A DNA stretch of 63,920 nt, filler included, from Vicugna vicugna (GCA_013265495.1; 76 parts of 74 records of this genome joined end to end with filler, not necessarily neighbours in it); one strand, 5' to 3'; numbered from the whole stretch's first letter, positions 11,908 to 24,847 are shown. The notes: generated from the letters alone by a model not told the origin. Numbers and translations are program-made.

Positions 11908-12431
11908 GCCATCATTGAAGACAAGTAAGTGTATTGTGTTAGAACCCAGGCGATGCTGTTAGTTGGAGGAACCTAGCCACACTCAAAACATCTGAATCAG
12001 ATATCGTGTGTGTGCCGGAGGAGGGAAAATGAGTCCACACATCTTTAAGGGTGCACAGGTGTTCCCAGGTTGGGGATATACTGTAACCACCTCCACTGTC
12101 AAATATAGGAACTCGCAAATACTCGGTTTTAGAGCACAACCCATAACTTCGCTCAAAACACGGCCAAGGAAAATACTCACGGAAGTCAATCTAATGGATC
12201 CAATTAGATCCCAGATGCTATTGTCAGTTGCAGGAGCCTCCCCACACTCAGGATACCAGAAAACTTCGTGTGTGCGCTGGAGGTGGGGAAACAAAGAACA
12301 CGCATTTTTCAGGGGTCTCAGTAATTCAAAAGTTGTGGGTTGTAGTTTAAACATCTCCACTACCCATAGAGAAGCACACGATAATGATACTTAGTTTTAG
12401 AACCCAAATCCCACTTTCAACCACACACTGG
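11908..12431 (+). repeat. Satellite C (diverged ~267-bp relative of A)
   Basis: TTAGAACCCAGGCGATGCTGTTAGTTGGAGGAACCT at 11939 and TTAGATCCCAGATGCTATTGTCAGTTGCAGGAGCCTCCCCAC at ~12203. The 3' part matches 52248-52392. Confidence 0.85.
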
Positions 12432-12531
12432 NNNNNNNNNNNNNNNNNNNNNNNNNNNNNNNNNNNNNNNNNNNNTTAATTAATTAANNNNNNNNNNNNN
12501 NNNNNNNNNNNNNNNNNNNNNNNNNNNNNNN

Positions 12532-13338
12532 GTTTGCATGATATCCCAGTGAAAGAGTCTGCATCCCCAAGTTCAGTGTAGTTATTTCTCTGACTTCCCT
12601 GAACAGGGAACACCTGTGACTGGAGACAGCTGCGTGGAGTTGACTCTCGAGCTCCCACACGCACTGACAATGGTTTCGGAATCCGGAGCGTGGGGAGGTT
12701 CCACCAACTGTCGGCAGCGCGTGGGATCTAACGGAAAGCCTAAGCTCGTCTCCCCTGAGGATTTTCCTAATGTCTCTGTGCCAGGGAATGCTAGCAGCAT
12801 ATCCCAGTGTCAGAGGCTGCCTCCCCAAGTTCAGGGAAGTTATTTCTCGGAATTCCCCAGGAAGGGAATACCTGTGACTGAAGAGAGCTGCGTGGAGTTG
12901 TCTCTCGAGCTCCCCCACTAAATGACTATGATTCTGGAATCATGAGCGTGGGGAGGTTCCACCAACGGTCGGCAGCACGTGGGTTCTAAGGGTATGCCTG
13001 TGCTCGTCTCCCCTGAGTGTTTTCCTTATTCTCTCTGCCAGGGAATGCTAGGGGGGTTTGCAGGAAATCCCAGTGTCAGAGACTTACTCCCCAAGTTCAG
13101 GGAATGTATTTCTCGGACTTCCCCGTGCAGGGAACACCTGTGAGTGAAGAGAGCTGCGTGGAGTTTTCTCTCGAGCTCCCACACGCACTGACAATTGTTC
13201 CGGAATCCTGAGCGTAGCAAGGTTCCACCAACGGTCGGCAGCGCGTGGGTTCGAATGGAATTCCTGTGCTCGGCTCCCCTGAGTGTTTTCCTCATGTCTC
13301 TCTGCCAGGGAATTCTAGGGGTGTTTGCAGGAAATCCC
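12532..13338 (-). repeat. Satellite A (267 bp), about 3 monomers
   Basis: Reverse complement of the consensus, with a 9-nt deletion near 12795. Confidence 0.96.
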
Positions 13339-13529
13339 NNNNNNNNNNNNNNNNNNNNNNNNNNNNNNNNNNNNNNNNNNNNTTAATTAATTAANNNNNN
13401 NNNNNNNNNNNNNNNNNNNNNNNNNNNNNNNNNNNNNNGGCTAACTGATGCACAGTGGTACAAAGATTCAGGGATGCCGATAAAAATAAACACCCAAAGC
13501 CTATCTCTGGGAGCCTCAAAACAAGACAA

Positions 13530-13735
13530 CCAGGGTTTAAATACCAGCTCTGCCACTTACTAGTTCTGTGATTTTGCCAACTTACTTACCCTCTGTGTGC
13601 CTCAATTTCCACACTGTAAAACTGGGATAACATTCAAACCTTCCTTACTCGCTTGTTGAGAAGATTGAAGGATTCATATCTGTAAAATTCTCAGAAAAGA
13701 ATGTAGCACATATTGGGTGTTCAACAAATGTCAAC
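13530..13735 (+). mobile_element. MIR SINE
   Basis: GGGTTTAAATACCAGCTCTGCCACTTACTAGTTCTGTGATTTTGCCAACTTACTTACCCTCTGTGTGCCTCAATTTCCACACTGTAAAACTGGGATAAC is the canonical MIR core. Confidence 0.88.
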
Positions 13736-13858
13736 TCAATATGAAAGTGATTTACAAGTCTCTCTTCTAATCATCTTATGTGTTTACTGGCTAGCCTAAG
13801 TCCTTAAGAAAATCCTTATTTCTCCTTTTATAAACTCTTGGGGAGCACACTTCTCTTC

Positions 13859-13920
13859 TATCCCACCACCTGGTTAAACCGAGGGAGGTATATCCCACCA
13901 CCTGGTTAAACCGAGGGAGG
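13859..13920 (+). repeat. Exact 30-bp direct duplication
   Basis: TATCCCACCACCTGGTTAAACCGAGGGAGG at 13859-13888 and 13891-13920. Confidence 0.92.
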
Positions 13921-14166
13921 GGATTCCTCCTAATCACTCCTCTGTGCCATGGAGAATGCTTCTCCCTTCACATCCCTGGCCCCTGGCCTACAGATAGCCC
14001 TCATCACACGGACAGAGTGAAGTGTGAGTCTGGGGAGACAAGCAGGGCGTTTGAAACCCTTCCTTTNNNNNNNNNNNNNNNNNNNNNNNNNNNNNNNNNN
14101 NNNNNNNNNNTTAATTAATTAANNNNNNNNNNNNNNNNNNNNNNNNNNNNNNNNNNNNNNNNNNNN

Positions 14167-14996
14167 AATATAGAATAAAGAATTCATAATAAAGAACCCA
14201 GAATTTAGATAATTGAATTCACAACAAAGAATTTAGAATGTGGAATACAGACTGTAGAACACAGAATACAGAATATAAAATACAGAATAAAGAACCCAGA
14301 CATAAGGACAGGGAATTCAGAACAGAGAATGTAGAATATAGATTACAGAATACAGAATATAGAATGTAGAGTCTAGAATGTAGGACACTGAATTTTGAAT
14401 ATAGAAAACAGAACACAGAATATAGAATGTAGAGTAAAGAATGTAGAACACAGAATATAGAATACAGAATACAGAATACAGAATATAGATGTAGAACACA
14501 GAATATAGAATATAGAATCCAGAGTAGAGAACCCAGAATTTATAACATGGAATGCAGAACACATAGTAAAAATTATAGAATGCAGAATACAGAAGGCAGG
14601 ATTCAGAATTTAGAAAATGGAATTCAAAACACAGAAATTAGAATAAAGAATACAGAATATTAAATGTAGAATACAGAATATAGAACACAGAATATAGATT
14701 ATAGAATACAGAATGAAGAGCCCAGAATTTAGAACATGGAATTCAGAACACAGAATATAGAATATAGAATACAGTATACAGAAAAAAGAATGTAGAATAC
14801 AGAATGCAGAAACCAGAATTTAGAACACGGAATGCAAAACACAATTTAGAATATAGAATACAGAATACAGAATATCGAATTTAGAATATAGAATGTAGAA
14901 TACAGAATACAGAAAGCATAATTTATAACATGGAAATCAGAACACAAGCACAACAAAAAATTTAGAATATAGAGTATAGAATACAGAATATATAAA
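14167..14996 (+). repeat. Satellite E (7-bp)
   Basis: AGAATAC/AGAATAT heptamer array. Confidence 0.95.
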
Positions 14997-15096
14997 NNNN
15001 NNNNNNNNNNNNNNNNNNNNNNNNNNNNNNNNNNNNNNNNTTAATTAATTAANNNNNNNNNNNNNNNNNNNNNNNNNNNNNNNNNNNNNNNNNNNN

Positions 15097-16641
15097 TGCC
15101 TCCCCAAGGTCAGGGGAGGTATTTCCCGGACTTCCCCGTACTGTGAACACCTGTGATTGAAGACAGCTGCGTGGAGTTGTGTCTCGAGCTCCCCCACGCA
15201 CTGACAATGGTTCCGGAATCCTGAGCGTGGGGAGGTTCCACCAACGGTCAGCAGCGCGTAGGTTCTAACGGAGTGCCTAAGTTCGTCTCCCCTGAGGNNN
15301 NNNNNNNNNNNNNNNNNNNNNNNNNNNNNNNNNNNNNNNNNNNNNNNNNNNNNNNNNNNNNNNNNNNNNNNNNNNNNNNNNNNNNNNNNNNNNNNNNNNN
15401 NNNNNNNNNNNNNNNNNNNNNNNNNNNNNNNNNNNNNNNNNNNNNNNNNNNNNNNNNNNNNNNNNNNNNNNNNNNNNNNNNNNNNNNNNNNNNNNNNNNN
15501 NNNNNNNNNNNNNNNNNNNNNNNNNNNNNNNNNNNNNNNNNNNNNNNNNNNNNNNNNNNNNNNNNNNNNNNNNNNNNNNNNNNNNNNNNNNNNNNNNNNN
15601 NNNNNNNNNNNNNNNNNNNNNNNNNNNNNNNNNNNNNNNNNNNNNNNNNNNNNNNNNNNNNNNNNNNNNNNNNNNNNNNNNNNNNNNNNCTCACGAGCTC
15701 CCCCACGCACTGACAATGATTCCGGAATCCTGAGCGTGGGGAGGTTCCACCAACGGTCGGCAGCGCGTGGGTTCTAACGGAATGCCTAAGCTCGTCTCCC
15801 CTGAGTGTTTTCCTAATGTCTCTGTGCCAGGGAATGCTAGTGGTGATTGCAGGATATCCCAGTGACGGAGGATACCTTCCCAAGGTCAGGGAAGGTATTT
15901 CTCGGTCTTCCCTGAACTGGGAACACCTGTGACTGAAGAGAGCTGCGTGGAATTGCCTCTCGAGATCCCCCACGCACTGNNNNNNNNNNNNNNNNNNNNN
16001 NNNNNNNNNNNNNNNNNNNNNNNNNNNNNNNNNNNNNNNNNNNNNNNNNNNNNNNNNNNNNNNNNNNNNNNNNNNNNNNNNNNNNNNNNNNNNNNNNNNN
16101 NNNNNNNNNNNNNNNNNNNNNNNNNNNNNNNNNNNNNNNNNNNNNNNNNNNNNNNNNNNNNNNNNNNNNNNNNNNNNNNNNNNNNNNNNNNNNNNNNNNN
16201 NNNNNNNNNNNNNNNNNNNNNNNNNNNNNNNNNNNNNNNNNNNNNNNNNNNNNNNNNNNNNNNNNNNNNNNNNNNNNNNNNNNNNNNNNNNNNNNNNNNN
16301 NNNNNNNNNNNNNNNNNNNNNNNNNNNNNNNNNNNNNNNNNNNNNNNNNNNNNNNNNNNNNNNNNNNNNNNNNNNNNNNNNNNNNNNNNNNNNNNNNNNN
16401 NNNNNNNNNNNNNNNNNNNNNNNNNNNNNNNNNNNNNNNNNNNNNNNNNNNNNNNNNNNNNNNNNNNNNNNNNNNNNNNNNNNNNNNNNNNNNNNNNNNN
16501 NNNNNNNNNNNNNNNNNNNNNNNNNNNNNNNNNNNNNNNNNNNNNNNNNNNNNNNNNNNNNNNNNNNNNNNNNNNNNNNNNNNNNNNCCCCTGTGTGTTT
16601 TCCAAATGTCTCTGTGCCAGGAAATTCTAGGGGTGATTGCA
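15097..16641 (-). repeat. Satellite A (267 bp), gapped
   Basis: Reverse-complement consensus in all three contigs. Confidence 0.95.
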
Positions 16642-16741
16642 NNNNNNNNNNNNNNNNNNNNNNNNNNNNNNNNNNNNNNNNNNNNTTAATTAATTAANNN
16701 NNNNNNNNNNNNNNNNNNNNNNNNNNNNNNNNNNNNNNNNN

Positions 16742-17650
16742 TGCAGAACACAGAATTTAGAATATAGAATACAGAATACTGAAAAATAATTTAGAACTTG
16801 GAAAGCAAAATACAGAATTTTGAATATAGAATACAGAATACTGAATATATAATTTATAATATAGAATGTAGAACACAGAATATAGTATATAAAATAGAGA
16901 ATATAAAACCCAGAATTTAGAACATGNNNNNNNNNNNNNNNNNNNNNNNNNNNNNNNNNNNNNNNNNNNNNNNNNNNNNNNNNNNNNNNNNNNNNNNNNN
17001 NNNNNNNNNNNNNNNNNNNNNNNNNNNNNNNNNNNNNNNNNNNNNNNNNNNNNNNNNNNNNNNNNNNNNNNNNNNNNNNNNNNNNNNNNNNNNNNNNNNN
17101 NNNNNNNNNNNNNNNNNNNNNNNNNNNNNNNNNNNNNNNNNNNNNNNNNNNNNNNNNNNNNNNNNNNNNNNNNNNNNNNNNNNNNNNNNNNNNNNNNNNN
17201 NNNNNNNNNNNNNNNNNNNNNNNNNNNNNNNNNNNNNNNNNNNNNNNNNNNNNNNNNNNNNNNNNNNNNNNNNNNNNNNNNNNNNNNNNNNNNNNNNNNN
17301 NNNNNNNNNNNNNNNNNNNNNNNNNNNNNNNNNNNNNNNNNNNNNNNNNNNNNNNNNNNNNNNNNNNNNNNNNNNNNNNNNNNNNAATATAGAATAGAAA
17401 ATATAGAATACAGAAATTAGAACATGGAAGGAAAACACAGAATTTAGAATATATTATACACAATACTGAATATAGAATTTAGAACATAGAATGCAAACAC
17501 AGAATTTATAAAATAGAAAACAGAATACTGCATACAGAAATTAGAATATAGAACATAGAACACGGAATATAGAATAGAGAACACGGAATGCAGAATATGG
17601 TATATAGAATATTTAATGTAGAACACAGAATATAGAATATGGAAAACAGA
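16742..17650 (+). repeat. Satellite E (7-bp), gapped
   Basis: Heptamer array. Confidence 0.95.
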
Positions 17651-17750
17651 NNNNNNNNNNNNNNNNNNNNNNNNNNNNNNNNNNNNNNNNNNNNTTAATT
17701 AATTAANNNNNNNNNNNNNNNNNNNNNNNNNNNNNNNNNNNNNNNNNNNN

Positions 17751-19037
17751 CTGTGCCAGGGAATGCTTGGGGTGATTACAGGATATCCCAGTGACTGAAG
17801 ATGCCTAACCAAGGTCAGGGAAGTTATTTCCCGAATTTCCCCGAAAAGGGAACTCCTGTGACTGAAGAGAGCTACGTGGAGTTGTCTCTCGAGCTCCCAC
17901 ACGCACTGACAATGGATCCGGAATCCTGAGCGTGGGGAGGTTCCACCAACTGTCGGCAGCGCGTGGGTTCTAACGGAATGCCTAAGCTCGTCTCCCCTGN
18001 NNNNNNNNNNNNNNNNNNNNNNNNNNNNNNNNNNNNNNNNNNNNNNNNNNNNNNNNNNNNNNNNNNNNNNNNNNNNNNNNNNNNNNNNNNNNNNNNNNNN
18101 NNNNNNNNNNNNNNNNNNNNNNNNNNNNNNNNNNNNNNNNNNNNNNNNNNNNNNNNNNNNNNNNNNNNNNNNNNNNNNNNNNNNNNNNNNNNNNNNNNNN
18201 NNNNNNNNNNNNNNNNNNNNNNNNNNNNNNNNNNNNNNNNNNNNNNNNNNNNNNNNNNNNNNNNNNNNNNNNNNNNNNNNNNNNNNNNNNNNNNNNNNNN
18301 NNNNNNNNNNNNNNNNNNNNNNNNNNNNNNNNNNNNNNNNNNNNNNNNNNNNNNNNNNNNNNNNNNNNNNNNNNNNNNNNNNNNNNNNNNNNNNNNNNNN
18401 NNNNNNNNNNNNNNNNNNNNNNNNNNNNNNNNNNNNNNNNNNNNNNNNNNNNNNNNNNNNNNNNNNNNNNNNNNNNNNNNNNNNNNNNNNNNNNNNNNNN
18501 NNNNNNNNNNNNNNNNNNNNNNNNNNNNNNNNNNNNNNNNNNNNNNNNTGCAGGATATCCCAGTGACCGAGGATGCCTCCCCAAGGTCAGGGAAAATATT
18601 TCCCGGACTTCCCCGATCAGGGAAATCTTGTGACTGAAGAGAGCTTCTTGGAGTTGCCTCTCGAGGTCACCCACGCACTGACAATGGTTCCGGAATCCTG
18701 AGCGTGGGGAGGTTCCACCAGTGTGCGTAGCGCGTGGGTTCTAACGGAATGTCTAAGCTCGACTCCCCTGAGGGTTTTCCTAATATCTCTGTGCCAGGGA
18801 ATGCTAGGGGTGATTGCAGGATATCCCAGTTACCGAGGCTGCCTCCCCAAGTTCAGGGAAAGTATTTAACGGACTTCCCCGAAGAGGGAACTCCTGTAAC
18901 TGAAGAGAGCTGCGTGGAGTTGTCTCTCGAGTTCCCCCACGCACTGACAATTTTTCCGGAATCCTGAGCGTGGGGAGGTTCCACCAGTGTGCGTAGCGCG
19001 TGGGTTCTAACGGAATGTCTAAGCTCGACTCCCCTGA
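17751..19037 (-). repeat. Satellite A (267 bp), gapped
   Basis: Reverse-complement consensus. The blocks at ~18697 and ~18964 are identical. Confidence 0.95.
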
Positions 19038-19137
19038 NNNNNNNNNNNNNNNNNNNNNNNNNNNNNNNNNNNNNNNNNNNNTTAATTAATTAANNNNNNN
19101 NNNNNNNNNNNNNNNNNNNNNNNNNNNNNNNNNNNNN

Positions 19138-19400
19138 GAGTTGGAGCTTGTACATCCTCATATATATGTTCGGAGTGGAGTTCTCAACTGAAAAGAAACT
19201 TTGTATTCCCTTCAAGTTAGTTGAAGGATCGCTCACACACACTTATCTCTCAGAACGGATCATGTGGATAGACTTTCGTTATCCCGGACCAAGGGAACGG
19301 GTTGCAGGTGAAACACTTACTCTGGTTTCTCAGTCTATTTCCTATGCCGGTTTGAAGAGCCTGACTTTTTCAGCGTAAAATCGAGGTGGAGCTTGTACCT
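19138..19400 (+). repeat. Satellite D (~245-bp monomer)
   Basis: GAG[T/G]TGGAGCTTGTAC at 19138 and 19383 (245 bp). CTGAAAAGAAACT.TGT.TTCCC and CTCTCAGAAC..CATGTGGA are shared with 36227-37015. Confidence 0.75.
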
Positions 19401-19644
19401 NNNNNNNNNNNNNNNNNNNNNNNNNNNNNNNNNNNNNNNNNNNNTTAATTAATTAANNNNNNNNNNNNNNNNNNNNNNNNNNNNNNNNNNNNNNNNNNNN
19501 GGGGCCGTGGGGTGAATGCAGACAGATCATGAGGAGGCACCTGCACAGAGCAGAGGCCGAGGCACCGGGACCCGGAGTCAGATGGGGAGGCAGGAAACTG
19601 GAAGCAAGTGATTAAGAACATTGCCAACGTCTGACAATACCGAC

Positions 19645-20227
19645 TGGAGAAGACATCCAGATGGACGACGAGCACATGAAAAGATGCTCAGCATCACCAA
19701 TTGTTAGAGAAATGCAAATCAAAACTACGAAAAGGTATCACCTCACACCGGTCAGAATGGCCATCGTTCAAAAGTCCACAGATGACAAATGCTGGAGAGA
19801 CTGTGGAGAAAAGGGAATGCTCCTTCACTGAGGGTGGGAACGTGGTTTGGTGCAGCCATTGTGGAAAACAGTATGGAGATTCCTCAAAAGACTAGGAATA
19901 GTCCTACCATATGATGCATTAATCCCACTCCTAGGCATATATCTGGAGGAAAATAGAATTCAAAAAGACACATGCACCCCAATTTTCACAGCACCACTAT
20001 TTACAATAGCCAAGACATGGAAACAACACCAATGTCCATCGACAGATGACTGGATAAAGAAGCTGTGGTATATTTATACAACAGAATACTATGCAGCCAT
20101 AATAATGCCATTTGCAGCAAATAGATGGACCTGGAGAATGTCATTCTAAGTGAGGCCAGAAAGAGAAAGAAAAATGTTGCATGATATCACTTATATGTAG
20201 AATCTAAAAAAAAAAAAGGACAGAAAG
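19645..20227 (+). mobile_element. L1 3' fragment: degenerate ORF2 C-terminal (cysteine-rich) region and start of 3'UTR, apparently 5'-truncated
   Basis: Translates [18 protein letters not shown]...[10 protein letters not shown]...VQPLWKTVWRFLK.L...LPYD..IPLLGIY...TCTPIF.A.LFTIAKTWKQ..CPS.DDWIKKLWYIYT.EYY, with an in-frame stop. Confidence 0.95.
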
Positions 20228-20688
20228 NNNNNNNNNNNNNNNNNNNNNNNNNNNNNNNNNNNNNNNNNNNNNNNNNNNNNNNNNNNNNNNNNNNNNNNNN
20301 NNNNNNNNNNNNNNNNNNNNNNNNNNNNNNNNNNNNNNNNNNNNNNNNNNNNNNNNNNNNNNNNNNNNNNNNNNNNNNNNNNNNNNNNNNNNNNNNNNNN
20401 NNNNNNNNNNNNNNNNNNNNNNNNNNNNNNNNNNNNNNNNNNNNNNNNNNNNNNNNNNNNNNNNNNNNNNNNNNNNNNNNNNNNNNNNNNNNNNNNNNNN
20501 NNAGGGTACCAACAGACTAGATGGTAACCAGAAGGAAGGAATAGCTACTGAAGATCAAATATTCTTACTTAATAACAGGAGCACCTACNNNNNNNNNNNN
20601 NNNNNNNNNNNNNNNNNNNNNNNNNNNNNNNNTTAATTAATTAANNNNNNNNNNNNNNNNNNNNNNNNNNNNNNNNNNNNNNNNNNNN

Positions 20689-21710
20689 ATTCTTTATTCA
20701 GTATTCTGTATTATTTATTCTAATTTCTATGTTCCGCTTTCTATATACTAGATTATATATTTAGTATTCTGTATTCTATATTCTAAATTCTATGTTCCGA
20801 ATTCTATGTTCTAAATTCTATATTCAGTATTCTGTATTCTATATTCTAAATTCTGTGTTCGGAATTCCATGTTCCAAATTCTGGATTCTATATTCTATAT
20901 TATCTATTCTATATTCTAAATTCTANNNNNNNNNNNNNNNNNNNNNNNNNNNNNNNNNNNNNNNNNNNNNNNNNNNNNNNNNNNNNNNNNNNNNNNNNNN
21001 NNNNNNNNNNNNNNNNNNNNNNNNNNNNNNNNNNNNNNNNNNNNNNNNNNNNNNNNNNNNNNNNNNNNNNNNNNNNNNNNNNNNNNNNNNNNNNNNNNNN
21101 NNNNNNNNNNNNNNNNNNNNNNNNNNNNNNNNNNNNNNNNNNNNNNNNNNNNNNNNNNNNNNNNNNNNNNNNNNNNNNNNNNNNNNNNNNNNNNNNNNNN
21201 NNNNNNNNNNNNNNNNNNNNNNNNNNNNNNNNNNNNNNNNNNNNNNNNNNNNNNNNNNNNNNNNNNNNNNNNNNNNNNNNNNNNNNNNNNNNNNNNNNNN
21301 NNNNNNNNNNNNNNNNNNNNNNNNNNNNNNNNNNNNNNNNNNNNNNNNNNNNNNNNNNNNNNNNNNNNNNNNNNNNNNNNNNNNNNNNNNNNNNNNNNNN
21401 NNNNNNNNNNNNNNNNNNNNNNNNNNNNNNNNNNNNNNNNNNNNNNNNNNNNNNNNNNNNNNNNNNNNNNNNNNNNNNNNNNNNNNNNNNNNNNNNNNNN
21501 NNNNNNNNNNNNNNNNNNNNNNTCTATATTCTAAATTCTGTGTTCTGCATTCCATGTTCTCAATTATGTTTTCCATATACTCTATTCAATATTCTATATT
21601 CTGTGTTCTACATTCTATATTGTGTATACTTTATTCTGCATTCCGTATTGTATATTTTAAATTCCTTGTTCTACATTCTATATTCTAAATTGTATATTCA
21701 GTATACTTTA
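20689..21710 (-). repeat. Satellite E (7-bp), gapped
   Basis: ATATTCT/GTATTCT/AAATTCT heptamers. Confidence 0.95.
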
Positions 21711-21810
21711 NNNNNNNNNNNNNNNNNNNNNNNNNNNNNNNNNNNNNNNNNNNNTTAATTAATTAANNNNNNNNNNNNNNNNNNNNNNNNNNNNNNNNNN
21801 NNNNNNNNNN

Positions 21811-22613
21811 TTAGAACCCAGGCGCTGCTGTCAGTTGGAGGAGCCTCCCCACTCTAAGGATAGTAGAACACCTCTCCGTGTGTGTGCTGGAGGTGGGGAA
21901 AGAGACTACAGGCATCTTTCAGGGGGCACAGGTCTTACCCGGTTGGGGGTTGTATGTTAAACACTTCCACATCCCATTGAGAGGCACTCGCTAACATTGG
22001 GTTTTAGAGGCCACCCCCACTATGCCCCGGACCTGGGCCAAGGCAAGCCATCAGTGAAAACCAGCTAAGGAATTCTATTAGAATCCACGCACTGCTGTCA
22101 GTTGGAGGAGCCTGCCCACTCTAAGGGTAACAGAACATTTCTCATTGTGTGTGCTGAAGATGGGGGTAATAATGTCCTCGCAACATTCAGGGGGCAAAGG
22201 TATTCCCAGTTTGTAGTATGTAAGTTAAAGATCTCCACATCAAATGGAGAGGAACTCGCTAATACTTGGCTTAAGATCCAAACCCCAAATTACCCCGCAC
22301 TCCGTTCTAGGCAAAGCATCAGTGAAATCAAACTAATGGATTCAATTTGAGGCCAGTAGCTGCTGTCAGTTGGAGGATCTTCCACAAACTGAGGAATTCT
22401 GAACGCAGCCGTTTTTTGGGGGGGTTTGGAGCCCCACTCCACGCAGATGAATGGGGGTACAATTGTTCCACATAGGGGGAACTCCTCTTAGTACTACTTC
22501 AGTCCATCGGGGGGCACTCGCGCATACTTGCCCTCCAAGCCCAACCTGTAACACTCCCTCGCTGCCAGGGTTAGGGAAACACTCAGGGAATACAAGCTAA
22601 TGGATTCTATTCG
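21811..22613 (+). repeat. Satellite C: three mutually diverged ~267-bp monomers
   Basis: Monomer starts at 21811, 22078 and ~22346, each followed by GCTGCTGTCAGTTGGAGGA-like sequence. Confidence 0.88.
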
Positions 22614-22713
22614 NNNNNNNNNNNNNNNNNNNNNNNNNNNNNNNNNNNNNNNNNNNNTTAATTAATTAANNNNNNNNNNNNNNNNNNNNNNNNNNNNNNN
22701 NNNNNNNNNNNNN

Positions 22714-23433
22714 GGGTTCTAACGGAATGCCTAAGCTCGTCTCCCCTGAGGGTTTTCCTAATGTCTCTGTGCCAGGGAATGCTAGGGGTGATTGCAGGAT
22801 ATCCCAGTGTCAGAGGCTGCCTCCCCACGGTCAGGGAAGGTATTTCTCGGACTTCCCCGAACAGCGAACAGCTGTGACTGAAGAGAGCTGCGTGGAGTTT
22901 TCTCTTGAGCTCCACAGGCACTGACAATGGTTCCAGAATCCTGAGAGTGGGGAGGTTCCACCAACGGTCGGCAGCGCGTCGGTTCTAACGGAATGCCTAA
23001 TCTCATCTCCTCTGAGGATTTTCCTAATGTCTCTGCGCCAGGGAATGTAAGGGGTGATTGCAGGATATCCCAGTGTCAGAGGCCGCCTCCCCAAGGTGAG
23101 GGAAAGTATTTCTCGGACTTCCCCGAACAGGGAACACCTGTGACACAAGAGAGATGCGTGGAGATGTCTCTCGAAATCCCCCACCCACTGACAATCTATC
23201 CGGAATCCTGAGCGTGGGGAGGTTCCACCAACGGATGGCAGCGCGTGGGTTCAAACGGAATTACTTAGCTCGTCTTCCCTGAGGTTTTTCCTAATGTCTC
23301 TGTGCCAGGGAATTCTAAGGGTGATTGCAGGATATTCCAGAGACAGAGGCTTCCTCCCCAAGGACAGGGAAGTGATTTCTCAGACTTGCCTGGACAGGGA
23401 ACACCTGTGACTGAAGAGAGCTGCGTAGAGTTG
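22714..23433 (-). repeat. Satellite A (267 bp)
   Basis: About 2.7 monomers of reverse-complement consensus. Confidence 0.96.
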
Positions 23434-23533
23434 NNNNNNNNNNNNNNNNNNNNNNNNNNNNNNNNNNNNNNNNNNNNTTAATTAATTAANNNNNNNNNNN
23501 NNNNNNNNNNNNNNNNNNNNNNNNNNNNNNNNN

Positions 23534-24418
23534 AGGGGGATTTTCAGGATATCCCAGTGACAGAGGCTGCCTCCCCATAGCCTGGAAAGTTATTTCTCGG
23601 ACTTCCCCGAACAAGGAACACCTGTGATGGAGAGAGCTGCGTGGAATTGTCTCACGTGCTCCCCCACGCACTGACAATTTTTCCGGATTCCTGAGCGTCG
23701 GAAGGTTCCACCAACGGTCGACAGCGCGTGGGTTCTAACGGAATGCATATGCTCGTGTCCCCTGAGGGTTTTCCAAATGTCTCTGTGCCAGGGAATGCTA
23801 GGGGGGTTTGCAGGATATCCCAGTGACAGAGGCTGCCTCCCCAAAGTCAGGGAAGATATTTCTCGGTCTTCCCCGAACACGGAACACCTGTGACTGTAGA
23901 GAGCTTCGTGCAGTTGTCTCTCGAGCTCCCACACGCACTGACAATTGTTCCGGAATCCTGAGCGTGGGGAGGTTCCACCAACGGTCGGCCGCGCGTGCGT
24001 TCTAACGGAATGCATAAGCTAGTCTCCCCTGAGGGTTTTCCTAATGTCTCTGTGCCAGGGAATGCTAGGGGAGTTTGTAGGATATCCCAGTGACAGAGGC
24101 TGCCTCCCCATAGTCAGGGAAGTTATTTCTCGGACTTACCCGAACAAGGAACACCTGTGACTGAAGAGAGCTGCGTGGAGTTGTCTCACGTGCTCCCCCA
24201 CGCACTGACAATGTTTCCGGATTCCTGAGCGTCGGGAGGTTCCACCAACGGTAGACAGCGCGTGGGTTCTAAACCCCTGAGGTTTTTCCTTATGTCATTG
24301 GGCCAGGGAAAGCTAGCGGCTTTTGCAGGATATCCCAGAGAAAGAGGCTGCCTCCCCAAGGTCAGTGAAAGTGTTTCTGTGACTTCCCCGAACAGGGAAC
24401 ACCTGTGACTGAAGAGAG
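23534..24418 (-). repeat. Satellite A with dimeric (534-bp) substructure
   Basis: Diagnostic variants are shared by monomers 1 and 3 (CTCACGTGCT at 23651 and 24185). Confidence 0.93.
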
Positions 24419-24518
24419 NNNNNNNNNNNNNNNNNNNNNNNNNNNNNNNNNNNNNNNNNNNNTTAATTAATTAANNNNNNNNNNNNNNNNNNNNNNNNNN
24501 NNNNNNNNNNNNNNNNNN

Positions 24519-24847
24519 GCTCAGATTAGAAGTAGGTACACACTTCACAGACAGAGTGTGGGCGTTCACCAAAGAGGGAAAGAGAATGGTGACCGCGAGG
24601 TGGCGCTGTGTTGCTTGTTTTCTTGGGCTTGGTGGTTTCCTATGCTAATAAGTAGAAGGACCAGCCTTAGGGCAAGGGGCTGGGATTTCCAGGGAGTTGG
24701 CCATTTCCCACCCTTTGACCTTTTGTGGCTATCATTGGGACTGCCATGTTGCCTGGGGCATGTTATTCACCACGTTACTATTACAATGGGTGTTTACTGA
24801 ATCTCAAGATCTGCTAGAAGTTAAATCTCTTCATCCTGAGCCTCAAG
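24519..24847 (-). mobile_element. ERV1-class LTR fragment (MER41-like)
   Basis: TATGCTAAT...GGGCAAGGGGCTGGGATTTCCAGGGAGTTGGCCA...TTTGACCTTT...GGACTGCCATG resembles antisense MER41-family LTRs (recognised from memory, not searched). Confidence 0.5.
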
